Position numbers and translations under genes: made by a program. 64,000 bases of DNA from Hypanus sabinus (taxonomy: Eukaryota). The notes under the pieces were generated by a model. It did no database searches, had not been told where the DNA came from, and saw only the letters and a program-made list of their open reading frames with translations. This document shows positions 50,111 through 64,000 of this stretch, in pieces. How positions within the stretch are numbered: position 1 is the stretch's first letter; the number at the start of each line of letters is the position of its first letter. The stretch spans positions 22,258,001-22,322,000 of the forward strand of contig NC_082731.1 of NCBI RefSeq assembly GCF_030144855.1. The letters are read 5' to 3'.

Positions 50111-52089
50111 GGTTCAATAAGCTGTGCTTGCACCTGTCAGTGTGGTCTTATTAATCTGAAAGACAAGCTTATGTTCTGGAATAAAACGATCCAAAATTAT
50201 TGATTAAACGTACTCGGGGTTGAGAATATATCCTGTCGTTAATTGTGAAAATGAAACTCCTCATTTCCATTGTATCCGAATGTGTTCTCAATCTGAAAAT
50301 CATGTCTGCTGAATATCGTTTTGTTCAAATCATCCTAATTCCTTATTGAAGCCATAACAGGAAATATTGTGACAATTCTCGTTTATTCGTCTAAATGACA
50401 CAACATCTCAGACTGTGAAATTAGTTTGCCTCTTTTTAACGTATGACCTGCAGAATATTATGGCAGTATTTCTACAGACTGCACAATTGATATATTTGTT
50501 TCTACTCTATGTGCCAAGCTATGTTGCACAGACCTATATTTTCCTTATTGCTAAATGACTGCAGTGACTCCAAGTTTATTTATTTCAAACATTACATGTG
50601 TCCCTTCTGGCGAAAATATTTTTAATATAATGACCAGAGTTATGCAAACATATATTGAAATACCTGCAAACAATCTTCCAGAGTAAGTTTTATTCCCAAT
50701 CAAACATTCAAATACAATATTGCCATTTTGAATGAAAAAAATATGTAATTTTAATAGAGTTACAATGGTCAGGCAAACATATATTTTTAGAAACAACTTC
50801 TATCCATGTCTACCAATTGAATATTCATTAGATTATGATACAACAATAGTCAGAATATAGTTTCAGAATATAGATTTTTCACATCGAACAAACACAAATC
50901 ATAAGATGGAACACGATTAAATGATACCAGGCAGACAATACAACTAATGGCCACAATAGCAAAATTAAAATGTTTTGCCTACGAGGCTTCGGGTTGCACC
51001 GGCCCAGCAGAATATTAAAAATGATCTACCAACATCCTGTCCAATTATTATTTTATTACGCCCGTATTTAACCAACTTATTTCCATCCTCGCGCTTATCG
51101 ACTTGATCAAAGCACTGTAACTTTATGCTCTCTGCTTACAATCGACCTTGTCTGAGAAAATTTACTGTCGATATTACCGATGCTGAAGACTAGCTGTTCT
51201 CGTTTAAGATTTCTTTAATTTTTTCAACCATAGTGTTGGCATGCATTTTATATCTTACAGTTTTAGTTAACAACTTGATTGACCTGACGTCTATGGTATT
51301 ATTTTCACTTTTACCCCGTTTGTCTTAAAGTCGGTGGACGATCGAAACGCTTCAGAGAATCTCTCTTCGCATGGGTCATATCCGAACCTACTGAGAGCAA
51401 GATTCGACCATACTCATGTGCACCCAGCAGAGAGACAGCTCCCGATTTTGTCCCCTGAGATCCTTTGGCCAGGTTGGGGACGAACTGCCAATTTTATGTG
51501 AATCGAATGTAAAAATAAATAAGTAATCCCGTCCCGACAAACCCAGTCTTATTTGGCAGAATACATATCATTCGCCTTCACAACTGATCAACTACTCATA
51601 CAGATAATCAGATTTGATGTCTGCAATTCCCGCTCTCTTGTCCGACGTCCCTGCACTCAGTGCGATAAACATGTTGGCCGGACCTGACTGCTTCTTTCGA
51701 ACTCGAACAGACTCCCGACGAGTTGGATCTATCTGCTGTCAAACGCTTCTCATTGTGTAATGCTCGCAATTTCTTGTCGGAGAGTTTTCAGACCCATGAA
51801 CCCAACAGTGTGTTCGAACCCAATGCAGAAAGGAATATCATGTATGTATCTCTCTGGTTCAAAGAAGTGGAGTACAGCTTGAGCAATCAAAGGAAACTTT
51901 CAACGTCAAGGCCCAGTACTCTCCACCTCTGGGCGTTGGCTAAATACATGTTTCCACCCAACTGATTGACCTTGTCCTCGAGGACTAACACGGTAGGCAA
52001 TTTTCATTAGTTATGATTGATTCCCTTGAACTGCCACTGGTGCTTTATTTCCCCTGGTTATTTCAAGATAACCATCGAATAATTGTGTA

Positions 52090-55000
52090 ATTTGAAGCTT
52101 TCCAATAATGGGGACTAGTTGTCTGAGGTTCGATCAAGCTCTGTTCCCTGAATCCCCTCCGACGTGAGCTACGGATGTAGACATGTCTGGGATTCCTGCT
52201 GAATATGCAGATATTCTGGAGGTCATCAGTTAAAATAGGTCCACTCCCTGCTCAATCGCGGCCAGAGAGGTCTGCCATAGATTTCCTACTTTGCTCGGGT
52301 CGTCCGCTAAGCCGTTACTTTCCCTCTTTCATCCCAAAATTTTGACCAAGGAACAATACATCAAGAAGATATTTGCCATGGGGATTAACCTTACGTCAAT
52401 GGCTAGCAGCAGCAGGCATCTTTTTAAGTGCTGCATCCTTGCATCGGTTATCGGCCCCTGAGCAATATTACCGTAAAAGAATCACTGCCCGCTTACCCTG
52501 CTGTCTTCTTTCTTTCGAATATTCCCAGGGAGCAAACAGATTTTCCTAAAGAGATCTGCACAACTTTTACACCCGGGTTCATATGAGCGAAATTAATCAG
52601 TGGAAAATGGTTTTCAAGAAATCCCACGGCGACGATTAGTACATAGTTTTGTTATTTAGTCTCGCAACCGCCCCCACCCCCTTGTTTTCTGGTCCTTTGT
52701 TAACGAAGTGCTCAGAGACATGTAAACCTCTTTTTGTATATTTAGACGACATGCATGTCTATTTCCGCTCTGATCCGGTGCACGTGCAGCATTTTCGGAA
52801 GGTTCTTAGACAGCTCTAAGAAAATAATCGGTTGGCCATGTTCGAGAACTGTGAGTTCATAAACACCAGGTGTCCTTTTGGACGACAGAGATGTTTTATC
52901 CAGTGTTCAAGTTGATCCGACTGAAGTTCACAGAGCTGCAGAGCGACAATCTTCTTGTCAAACAAATTCGAAACCTCATGGGGTTTGTGAACTTTTATCG
53001 ACATTTCCTCTGGAATTTACGCTATGTTGTTGCTTCCATAAAGGCACACCCGATGAATGCCTTGTTGGAACGGGATTCCATTGGACAGATGATGCCGAAA
53101 AATCAGTATCTAGGCTACAGCAATGTTTCATTACAGCCCCAGTGCTCAACACCAAGACCCATCAATGCCATTCATAGTCCTAGTAGATGCATCCATTGTT
53201 GGCATTGGAACTGCCCTCTCCTCTGCGGGTATCCGCCTGCACTCTTGTACCTTACTTTCCCGTCGCTTGCCTCTGGCCTATAGGAGCAATGGTGTTGGTA
53301 AATCAGAATGACTGAGGCTATGTAGAAATAGCAACAATGGCTGGGGGGGGGGAGAGTGCGCAGAGCAGCAAGTTTTAGTTCGGATAGATCACAACGTCCC
53401 CTTCTATATTCAGAATGGAAAGAATCTCAGCTCTCTTCAGCACGAAGGACAGTATTTCTCAAACGGTTTCAGTTTATGTTCAGATTTAGTCCCAACAGAA
53501 ATGGTACCAAGGCTGGCAAATTTTCCCAGCAGTTCGAAGGATCTGATAGCAATGCCGATCCAGATTTCATTCATCCTCGCTCGTGTGTTGCTACTCCGTT
53601 GATCTGGGAAACCGAGCCGGAGATGTAGGCCATGTAACAGCCAGTTGGGTAACCTCCAAATGGCTTGTCTGTTCCAGCTTTGGTGCACTCAATACAGCTG
53701 GAATGGGTTAACTGCTCGTGTTTGGCTGGGGATAGGGAACTTCAAAGGTCTCGGAGTTTATAAAGATAATATTTTGGTAGCAATCTATGTCCATGGATGT
53801 CCACGACCGTATTTTCATATCCAAACTTCGCTCAGAACAAGTAGTCAATCCTGCGTCCGGCCGGTTGCCGACGTCCGCTGCCTCTGCTCGTGAACGCCTC
53901 GTCCCAACGCTAATTGGACACCCTCACTGGCCGAACAATAAAGAGCGAATACTGCCATTTTCGTCGGTGTGTCTCGGATTTCTAAGGCTGCTCCTGCTGT
54001 TGCCGAAACTTAAGCACCGACCGTTCCTGAGACTGCCACACAGATGGTCTGATTTCTATCAATACAGAGCCCCGACGGATGAGTACTAATTACATTGTTT
54101 TATCCCCTGTATACCTATGACTGCGCTGTCATTCAGAGCTCTATTATTCTAAATACATGTGTTGAGACACTACAGGGATGACATAATCTAAAACAATAAA
54201 GAGTTGTCCTATATGGAAGAAATGATCTTTCTGATATAGTGGTGTCAAAAAAGAAAAAAAAAAACATTCTGTCCCTCCATGCCTCAAAAAAAAAAAAAAA
54301 AAAACAGCTGGTTTTGGGTTACATGCGGATTAGAGGAAAGATCAGTCTTATTGACATCAATGAATCTGGGATTAAGTGGGTAAACAGCTTCAAGTTATGG
54401 GTTATCACCTGAAATATCATCGACGAACGCACGTGGTCTGTACACAGCGGCTGTGCGGTGAACATGCCACAAAAGCGCCTTTTTCACTTCTGAGATTGAG
54501 AAAGATTGGTATGACATCCCACCTCCTAAGAACTTTCTACAGGGGCACAATTCAGAGCATCCTGAGTGACTACATCACTGCCTACATGGGAGTTGTACCT
54601 CTCTTAATGGCAGGACCCTGCAGAGTGCTCTGCTGACAGCCCAGTGCATCAGTTGTTGTTTTGTATCCATGCTTCAGGACATCTGCATGGACAGGTGTGT
54701 GAAATGGGCCGCTATTATCATTGCGGACACGAGGCACTCCAAACACAATCTAGTCCAGCTGCTACAATATGAGAAACGCAACAGCAAAATAAAGCCAGTA
54801 CCAACTGACTGCGAGACAGTTTCTTTGTCTCGGTCATCAGACTGATAACAACGTCTGATTTGAACCGATTTCTGTTCTATTTATTAAAATCATCTATGAT
54901 TAGACATCATACATTTAGATGATGACGTAACGTAAAGACCTCAGCTTCTCGTGTGTGAAGGATGCAAGAAATAAAGTCAATCCCATTCATATCAATTTAG

Positions 55001-55760
55001 GCTTCACGGCTTCCCACAAGATATAATGTCTTCTGGTGCTCTGTAATCTCATTCTCGTTTGTTTGGGCAGTTGTATGCTCTTCTGGCGTTTCCCCTTACT
55101 CCAATGGCGAGTCTGAGAAAGTGAACCAAGAGCTGAATACACATTGCGTTTCCAAATTGGTTTCGGCAGTTTTCGCCCGGAATAACTTCCAGTTTTCCCA
55201 TGTCTGTCTCCCTATCAATGTCAGAAGGGATTCAAGCCACCGATCTTTTTTTTTCCTGATCAGAAAAATGAAGTAGGATTTCCTTCTGCTTAGCAGGTAA
55301 TCCAACTCTGGAGTCGCAACTGGAGGCGATCCAGACCTTCGCTGCTTCGCGCACATAAACAACCTGCAGGTCAGCATGATAGGCTCCGCTGACAGTTAAA
55401 ATCAGAGAAACATGAGAGGCGAGCTTGTTGACATCAAAGGTACTTCTGCTAAAGTTGAGAGCAGTAATATTTCTGGGGACCATTTCCTGTGGAAAAGTAT
55501 CTCAATAAGGACTAGAATAAATTGCGTCTATCAGAATCACTGAAGATCAACCCAGCATTCCATATTTTCCACTGAAGCCAGTTAATGCCTCTCTTGGCTG
55601 CATTCACCCTACCTCCCTGTTCAGCCCTCTTGGCTGGTGGTTCCCACGTCTATTCGGAGTGGCGCCTACCGGCATCACGCCGTGTGCTTGTTCTGGACCT
55701 GTTTCTCGTGGATTGGGAAGGGTATGGTCCCGGGGAACGGGTTTGGATAACAGCGATGGG
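52090..55760 (+). mobile_element. Heavily decayed chromodomain Gypsy pol relic
   Basis: RT/RNase H/integrase fragments (MGFVNFYRHF, FIVLVDASIVGIG, FLVDWEGYGPGERVWI). Same superfamily as 16988-22303 but in the opposite orientation. Confidence 0.8.
54300..54930 (+). mobile_element. Rex1/Babar-like LINE 3' fragment nested in the Gypsy relic
   Basis: LRLRKIGMTSHLLRTFYRGTIQSILSDYITA resembles the RT C-terminal region of fish Rex1/L2-like LINEs. Confidence 0.7.
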
Positions 55761-56828
55761 CATTAAATATTTTCTGAATTAATTCTCAAACACAATGAAG
55801 TGCAATCAACTGATTATGATGCCTAAATTATAGATAATTCTGTATACATAACAGTGGGTGTAATACTTCAGTTTTGACTCAGAAGTTATTATTCCCAATG
55901 GATGTATTCTATTTTTTTCTAATTTTGCATTTTCTCTAATTTCACTAACAGTAAGTTGCATTCCAATTTGTAAGCGGGTTCATAGAGGTATTCGGTAGAA
56001 GCCAAATAATCCCTACAAGGGGATGTACAAGCGGTCTTTAAGTTAATACTCAAAATGTCGAGCAAGTTTATATTGTTGTAGGCATAACTCGTGATGAAAT
56101 TTGTTTTTATATCAAAATGGTAGAGAGGTATGAAGAACATAATTCTGTTTACCTCTTTCTCCGTATTTAATGCGACAATATTTTCTCGCTACTGATGCCC
56201 TGCACAAACTTAGCATTTATGCCCTGACGGGAAAAAAAAAAAATCCTGAAACAGTCATCCCACCCGCTATTATACTTCCATAATCGACGTGGGAAGTTTA
56301 TGCGTAACTTAACTGAAAGTTATAAAATTCCAAATGGTGTCCAATTGATCGTTCAAAGTTCGTACAGGGGTAGCCATTCCCTGTGCACATTCCCGTCCGC
56401 AACCGAAATCAGACCACATTTGTTGAAAATGCATAAACACCTTCAATAATTTATTTCTAAACGTGCAACATTCTAAAAGATCTTATGGCCTGGTAAGATA
56501 ATCTGAAACAATCAGGAAACTGTGGTGTTAGAAGTTTACTAAGATATACATTTTTTTTTATTTTTGTATTTATTTATGAGTTTCGTTCCTTTATTGGAAT
56601 TCTAAATGTATTGTAATTCGTGCTTCTTCATGTAGTTTTTTTTTCCTCAGACTCCATTAGTAGGGTTTGATCCTTGTACACAATAAAATGACTCACAGAG
56701 CTATGCAACGGCACTAGGAATCCCCGAAAGTTGTTTTTAAAATTACGGAGAAACGAATCCTTTTAAAAGCATCAACAAGAAGAGAAATAATATTATGGCA
56801 AGGCAATCGCAGCAGGCACGAAATGCAG

Positions 56829-57142
56829 CGGTATCTGAGAGATCTGAAGATATTCCTTAAATGAGCAACAAAGACTGGGGAAAATTCTGCATCCAGACGA
56901 ACTGTGAGCTGCAGGGAATCAATATGACAAATGTGATAAGGTGCTACTCTATTTTCAATTGGAGTATTCGCATTAAAAAACAGATATATTTTAGTAGTCA
57001 AAATGGAAACGTCCACGCTAATCTTCGGTGGCTCGATAAGTCCTCCCTAACACATCAAATTATAATATCAGTTCAGGATCTATCCAAGACTTCTGTGCAA
57101 CCACCAATGCAGAAGAAACGTTGCATCGTGGCAGTTTAAACT
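56829..57142 (+). pseudogene. Candidate decayed antigen-receptor V relic
   Basis: NCELQG..IRCY, then DKSSLTHQIIIS matching DKSSxTxxLxIS. Restoring one base gives DLSKYFCA at 57077-57099. Only a weak RSS-like sequence follows. Confidence 0.33.
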
Positions 57143-58315
57143 GGCAAACATATTTCTCAGTCGTGAAATTTCCGCTGTCTTTCTTCCTGAAATAGGCACC
57201 ATTGAAACTGCTTTATCTGTGTGCTGATCTCTAACATATGTTACTTGAAACATTAACGGTGAGTGTTTATAGAGTCGTGCTTTTAACTGGCAGCAAAGTG
57301 GGCTACATGGCATAGAAAAAAAAATCTACGGAATCTGAGCGAAGGGCAACAGTTATTTGTGAAGGAAGTGTAGGTCTTCATTTGTCTATGGCAGACGAGA
57401 AACTGACGAGACATTTTTCGCAGTGCACTTTATTTCCCCGTGCGACAGTTCTTCAAAAAATATCTCAGAGATTTTCCAGGATATTCAGTATATAAAAGCA
57501 CTTTGTTGGCAACCGTTGGAGCATAGGTGCAGTTCTGCCGCACAATCTAAGTTTCCTGAACCGTGAATTTATTGGGATATTGTGTTCCCTAATATTTGGC
57601 AGACACGCATGGAAGAAAACACGAAACGCCCGAATACTTACCACTCGAAAGGGTATGCATTCGTTATAAACTGGGGAAAAAAATGGATACAGCTGGCATT
57701 CTTATAAAGAACACATGTAAAAAAAAAATCAAATAGTATGGCAGGCAACGGGACCGTTTTATGATATTGCTGTTCTGAATATTGATTACACACGCGGTCG
57801 AAGAATATCTTTGGTCCCAAGGGTCAGGATTGATTGATAGAAAGATAGAAATGATGGAAATGAAAGAAAATGTTAGAAAAGTCAAATAAGCAATGATACG
57901 ATTTGATGTTTTCTTTAAACTATGAATGGTGATGGGCTAGTCAGGATTAGCTTTATTTTGGCATTCTTTCTTTCAGCTTATTCCATGTTATTTACTTCTG
58001 TAATAAGAAAATCAATCTCACGAAAAATATTTCTTGGTCTGGTGGCATTTGAATAAAATGAGACTGTTATCTTTTTCTTATTATCCCTGTTTTCGTTTAC
58101 ACAGATTTTGCCAGATCTAATGAAAACATACTTAAATACATTCAAAATCATGCAGAACAGCTTAATACCATCAAACATGCCCACCTAGTATACACAAGTA
58201 CGCAGTATCTCCGAGGAGAATCACTATGGTTAGTATTGTTGAAATTTATTTCATTTCTAGAATTCCTTTGTTAGTACATAATCTTCTACAGCATATAAGG
58301 GTACAAAATTCAACA

Positions 58316-58317
<2 letters not shown>

Positions 58318-58368
<51 letters not shown>
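58318..58368. repeat. (TA)n microsatellite near the L1 3' end
   Basis: Direct reading. Confidence 0.97.
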
Positions 58369-58371
<3 letters not shown>

Positions 58372-58469
58372 TTATAAAGCTGAAGGAAATAAGAACTGAT
58401 CGTAATATATAAAAATAAAATATATATATATATGTAAAGGAAAGAACGAAACAAAAAGAACCCCATCTA

Positions 58470-61400
58470 AATAAGAAAAAAAGAAACACCTACTACAAAA
58501 AAGCGGGGGGGGGGGGAAACATTACGAATCAACCCCCGGAGCAATACATCTTACCATCCTATATATATATATATAATGAAATAAACATCATCAACCGCCA
58601 ATTTATCTTTACATAAGATAATATTGGAATTAAACCATATAAAACAATTCAAATTAAATGATAATATTTGGGAAAAGAGACTCATCTTCTCTCAAAATCG
58701 GATCGGGGATCAAAAGTTGTACTTCTATTTTTTTACCCCAATCTGAGACATAATATCACTTGAGAAAATCATTCAATTAATGCAGGGACAGAAGTTCCTT
58801 TCCATTTTAATCAAAAAAGACCTTCTTTTCAATAATGTCACAAATGCAATTACATGTTGATCTGAAGATCAAATACCCTGTGAATCTTGCCGAACTGTTC
58901 AAAATCGAACCGTAATCTGTTAGGTTGCAGATTAATTTTTAGAGCTTTAGAAATTGTAGAAAATAATGATTTCCAAAACGATTTTAATAAAGAACCTGAC
59001 CAGAACATCTGTGACAAAGTAGCTAATTCAGTTTTACACCTAGCGCCATCGTTATCTATGCTTGGAAATATTTTTGATAGTCTCTCATTTGTTAAATAAT
59101 AAAAGTGAACAATTCTAAACAAAATTATAGAGAATAATTTAGATTTTTTAAACTCGCAAACAATCTGATTAACAAAGTTCATATTAAGTTCCCTCTCCCA
59201 ATATTGTTTAACCTTTAGCGAGAGGTTCGCTTTTTATGTAAAATGTAAATTATAAATTCTGTTAATCGCACCTCTCACTAAAGGATTCAACTTCAAAATG
59301 GTATCCAACAAATCAGATTCTTGCAAATACGGAAACTTAGATAAATATCGTTGTAAAAATGTCTAACCTGAAGATATTGCAGAAAATGTGTATGAACGAG
59401 AGAATATTTGTTAATTAACTCTTCGGAAGTCCCAAAATAATTCTGTAAACGAACGGATGCCTTTATTTCTCCATTGGAGGAAAATGGGAACGGTTATTGA
59501 ATGTTTAAATTTTAAAAAAATCGATATAAAAACTAGAGAACTTAAATTGTTTAAAATTAAAAATATTGCGAAACTGAAACCAATTCCGTAAGGACAGTTG
59601 AATAATAGGAAAAGACTTAAATTTAGAACTTTAGAGAGTTGTTGAGGTAATGGAGTTCCTAATATTGATGTTAAATGAAATTGTTTGATAGATTTTATTT
59701 CCAAATCAACCCATAGTGGTATTTGGCACTTGTTGAGCCAATATAGTCATAAACATAGTTGTCTGATATTAACAGCTCAATAATGCAGTATTAAATTAGG
59801 AAGCACAAGTCCACCATCTTTTTAACATTGTTGTAAAAAGATACTTATTAAATCTTGGTCCTTTATTGTTCCAAATAAAGGAAGATATAAGAGAGTCAGC
59901 TGGATAAAAAAAATAGTTAAAAAAATCCCTTCGTGAGAGATTCTTTTAAAATGATAGGTATATTTTGGAAGAAATATAAAAATCTAGGTAAAATCATCAT
60001 TTACACAGCTTGGATACGGCCTATTAAAGATAATGGATTCCAGCAAAAAAATATTTGTATCATAGAGTCCATTAAGGGAACTACATTAGATTTAAAATGA
60101 TTTTTATATTTTCGTGACTGTAATACCTAAATATTTAAATCTACTAACAATTCTAAAAGGAAAATCATTATTTATAAAAACAGGGGCGAGGCGGTTAATG
60201 AACACAATTCACTTTTATTCAAGTTAAGTTTATATCCTGAAAATTTACCGAAGTTTTTTTTTTTGTGTGTCCAAAATATTAGTAAATGATTCCTGAGGAT
60301 TCGAAATAAACACCAAAAGATCATCTGCATAAAGAGAAATCATATGAATGGTTCCATTCATAGAGTACCATGAATATTTTTGGCTACACTTAGTGTTATA
60401 GCCAAAGGCTCCAACAAAAAAATCAAATAATAAAAGGCTTAATGGACGTAATTTTTTAATGCAAGGAGAAAGTGAAAAAGAGGACCTGGTTATTAGCATT
60501 AACTGTGGCAATAGGATTCCAAAAAATCATTTGCATCCACTTTTTAAAATTATTACCAGAACCAAATTGTTCTAATATTCTGTGTAGTCAGAGATAACAC
60601 ATCGAGTTTGCTTAGATATTGGTGAATATCTAATTATCATCAATCTCCGACCTTTACAGAAAGAGTAACGGCATTTAATAAAGCACGTTTGAAAAATGCA
60701 GATGATTTTGTTTAATATTTTCGGACAGGTTAAAATTCTTTGACCGAATTTTTGCATCCACATTTAATAGTTAAATGCGTCTATATGGGGAACATACAGT
60801 ATGATCTTTATCTTTCTTAAGGATTAAAGAAATGGATGCTTCATTAAAGGAACAAGGTAAACAACCCTTCTAAAAGGATACTTGAAATATTTCCAAAAGA
60901 TACGGAATTTTTTTTGGGTGAATTACTATCGAATAACCATCAAGTCCAGGAGCTTTGCCTGACTGCATTTAAAAGTGCTTTCTGAATTTCATGCTCGGTA
61001 ATTGGAGCATTAAGCACCTGTTGATCTTCAGCAGAAATGTTAGGAAATTTAATCTTATGTAATAAAACCATTTTTGGGGAATCTGCAGAAATTTGAGTTC
61101 TGTAAAGATCAGAATAAAAATCTTGAAAAATGTTATTAATGTCTTCATGGATATTTGCGATACTTCCAATAATATAACAAGTCTTTAAAATTTGCCTTTT
61201 TGATCTAGCTGCCCTTAATTGGGAACATAAGAGATTATTACATTTTATCGCCAAAAATAAAAAAAAATGACTTTTCAATTTAAGCAAATATCCCTCAATA
61301 CGTTATGTGAATAATAAATAATATTGGGATTGTAATGCAGCTCCTCTTCTAAATAAATCAACATTTGGAGAGATTGAACTAAAGTTATATAATTCTGTAA

Positions 61401-62360
61401 ATTGTTTCGAGATTTTATCTAGTTCTAATCTAATTTATTCCTTCGGTATAGCGATATACGAAATAATCTGACCACGTAAATAGGTTTTTAATGTATCCCT
61501 AATTACTAACTTTGAGACGTTTCCTGTATTATTAAAAAGAAAAAAAAAGATCCCTTTTATCTGAGTTTCAATAAACTCAACAAATTTTGAACTTTATAAC
61601 ATGTGTGTTGGTAAACGTCTAAATAGACTGGTAGAAACGTCATCTTTCAGTTAAAATATTAGACGTAAAGGAGCATGATCAGAGATAGCAATTGCAACAT
61701 ACTCACATCTCTGAAAATTAAACAGAAGTCGAGGATCAACTAAAAAATAGTCGATTCTCGAATATGTATTATGAACATGAGGAAGAAAAAAGAGTTTTCT
61801 CTATCATTTAAATCCATATACCTCCATATTTCAATTAGCCCATAATCAATTAAGTAGGAATTAATAAGCGATGCAGAACGATTAGGGAGTTCAATTTCAG
61901 GTGATGACTTCTCCATAAATGCATTTAAACAGTATTCAAATCACCATTCATTAGTAACATATATTCGTTTAATTCAGGTAACAGATCAAAGACAGCTTTA
62001 AAAAAGAGAGATCATCTACATTTGGTCCATAAATATCTATCAAAACAGTTTTCCTTTTATAAATTATTTATTTAACAATCAAATGTCTGCCATTATTATA
62101 GATTATAATGTCCTCCTGATTAAAAGAGTTATTGGTATCAATAAAAATAGAAACACCTCCAATTCTACCCTGAGAGTTTGCATGAAATTGTCAATCCACC
62201 AAGATATAAAAACTCGATTCCTATCGGATAACCTGATACGCGTCACTTGAGCAAAGAGTATATCAATTTGGAATCGGTTAAGGATAGTAAAAGTTTTCTT
62301 ACGCTTAACAGGATGGTCATTCCAACTTAAAACATTTAACTGTTTAGATATCATCACGAG
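58470..62360 (-). mobile_element. L1-type LINE, nearly complete but decayed ORF2 (endonuclease, RT, C-terminal zinc knuckle)
   Basis: LNVLSWN..KRKK..DILFAQVT and HNTYSRIDYFLVD (APE); PLSLLLF..ISLYADDLLVFIS (RT); ARCKTELATLSQMFWS..FW (CCHC region). Confidence 0.93.
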
Positions 62361-63005
62361 ACTTTGTATCTAAGATGAATAGTTAGATGCATGTCTGGAT
62401 AAAATAGTCGAAAATGGCGGAGATGAGCAACAATAATAATAATTTGCTTATGATTAGTGATTCCGTAATGGGGATAAATAAAAGAAATGAAAAATAAAAC
62501 ACCCAAACTAAAAACTCATAAATAATTCGATATTATTCGACGCAAGCACAAAGAAAAGCAAAGAAGCGATAATAAACTTTTGTCTAACTCTTCCTAACAT
62601 AAAACTCATTACAGTCGACATATATTTCAATATATACTTTAATTGTAAGGAAGAGTGTTCTTTTTTTTGTAGAACAATAACACTTTTAAAATATTAGATA
62701 AGGTAAGCAAAACACATCCAAAATTTTTTTTGAAATGTTTTCACAAAAGAAAAACAATCGCTATCTTTAAATTATCCAATCTAACTTTAAAACTTAAAAA
62801 AAGAATCCAAGTAATTACTTTAAAATATCTTTAAAAAACTGTCAAAAAAAAGTTAGTTCATTTGTTAGATAATTTTAGAGCTGAGGATATGTTACTGCGA
62901 TATGAGATATGATGAGATTTTATTTTTTCTGTGCTGGCAGAAAAACACGCGCATTCTAATCGTTCTTTCCTGCACCCGGGGATATTTCTGTTTCATAAGT
63001 GACAG

Positions 63006-63337
63006 GTGCTGGAAGATGGAAATGGATTTCCATTAGAAAGAAGTATTCATTCGAAAGTGAAATCCTGCAGGGAAGTCCATGCAGTTATGGAATTATTTAT
63101 TTTTTTGTTTGTAACGGCGCTATTATCTGGACAGAAAACACACACACGGCGCCGGGAATGCAACTGCTGTCCTTCACTGATCGCCTTCAGACAGCTTTCC
63201 ATGCATGACAGTAAACCTGGAGGGAATAATTTCGGACTAATCATACTGGAGACATACTGGAGTGGTGGAGCTGAAGTTGAGTTTTGTTAATCAAATAGCT
63301 TAGTCTATTACCAGATTCTCAATGTAACAAATGAACT
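63006..63337 (+). pseudogene. Candidate decayed TCR V relic with RSS remnant
   Basis: GTGACAG| acceptor like V1-V3; CSY at 63080; W at 63128; NFGLII..FC ending 63287. The downstream TACCAGATTCTCAATGTAACAAATGAACT resembles the V1-V3 spacer plus nonamer; no heptamer. Confidence 0.4.
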
Positions 63338-64000
63338 CAAAGCAGCAAACAGTCGGTAAAGATTTATGAAGCAGCAACTCTGGCAGAAACCAATGCTATT
63401 CAGCGGCCAAGTTGCAAGTACAATAGGATGCAAAGATTTCCTTTAATAGACTTCCTGCTTCTTCCCCCAATCGGGAACCTTTGACGAATTCGTCCTTTCT
63501 GTTCCTTGAACTGTCATTTCAACACCGTTTCAGTCATGATTTTTTAATTCATTGAGCATTCGATTACAATTAATAAATTAAGTTGAGTTAGCGCTTCGTT
63601 TTCCGGTTAGTTAAACCCCTCTTTAGTGCACTTCTGAGTCAGAATCCACAACCGGTCGCAGGAAAGGAGTCCACATGTTTCGACATCTAGAGGAGAGTCA
63701 CTTTAATTGCGATCATCTTAATCTTCGTTCTCTCTCGATTCTGTCGGTGTGGTGGTACTCACTGTGCTTCAAAGCTAACTCAAAAAGTAGGATGTTGCAT
63801 ATTATTCTGTGTTTGTATCTTCTAATACAGTTTAATTCAGGCAGTTAAAATACACATATTTATTCCGCTTGATTGGACTGCACATACCTTCTATCGAAAG
63901 CTTTCATGTTCTTGAATTGGCATATGTTACTTACTGTATCCGGTATCTGATATTTCATCGAATAAATTGACAATTATTGTTTCACGGCGATGTGAAAAGC

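Noticed and set aside
1-64000. Prokaryotic-type systems (operons, CRISPR arrays, rRNA/tRNA genes) and TCR constant exons
   Set aside because: None seen. The ORF track is short and fragmentary, and the recognisable ORFs map to decayed eukaryotic retroelements or the V exons.

Overview
Eukaryotic, repeat-rich DNA with no intact multi-exon gene and no rRNA, tRNA or CRISPR array. The repeat families (CR1, L1, Rex1-like, Penelope-like, Gypsy, BEL/Pao) and the V-segment style suggest a cartilaginous fish, possibly a ray. That assignment is inferred, not verified. The core feature is three paralogous T-cell receptor alpha/delta-type V exons on the minus strand (9244-9547, 23538-23841, 36099-36402). 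Each is 304 nt with a phase-1 acceptor and the same non-consensus 23-bp-spacer RSS (CACAGGG-23-ACAATAACT). V1 has lost Cys104; V2 and V3 are intact. They lie in a tandemly triplicated unit whose spacer is an old Gypsy element, later hit by a chromodomain Gypsy, a two-LTR BEL/Pao element, CR1 fragments and a hairpin Penelope-derived insert carrying a minimal hammerhead ribozyme motif. The most interesting point is that I can find no ATG-initiated hydrophobic leader exon for any of the three V exons. Instead each has a short donor-terminated, weakly J-like segment 61-63 nt upstream and an orphan 23-RSS about 1.6 kb upstream. This loosely resembles a decayed doubly-rearranging (NAR-TCR-like) cassette, which is a hypothesis only. 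Two low-confidence V-like relics in the opposite orientation lie near 57 kb and 63 kb. Boundaries of decayed repeats are approximate and all alignments were done by eye.
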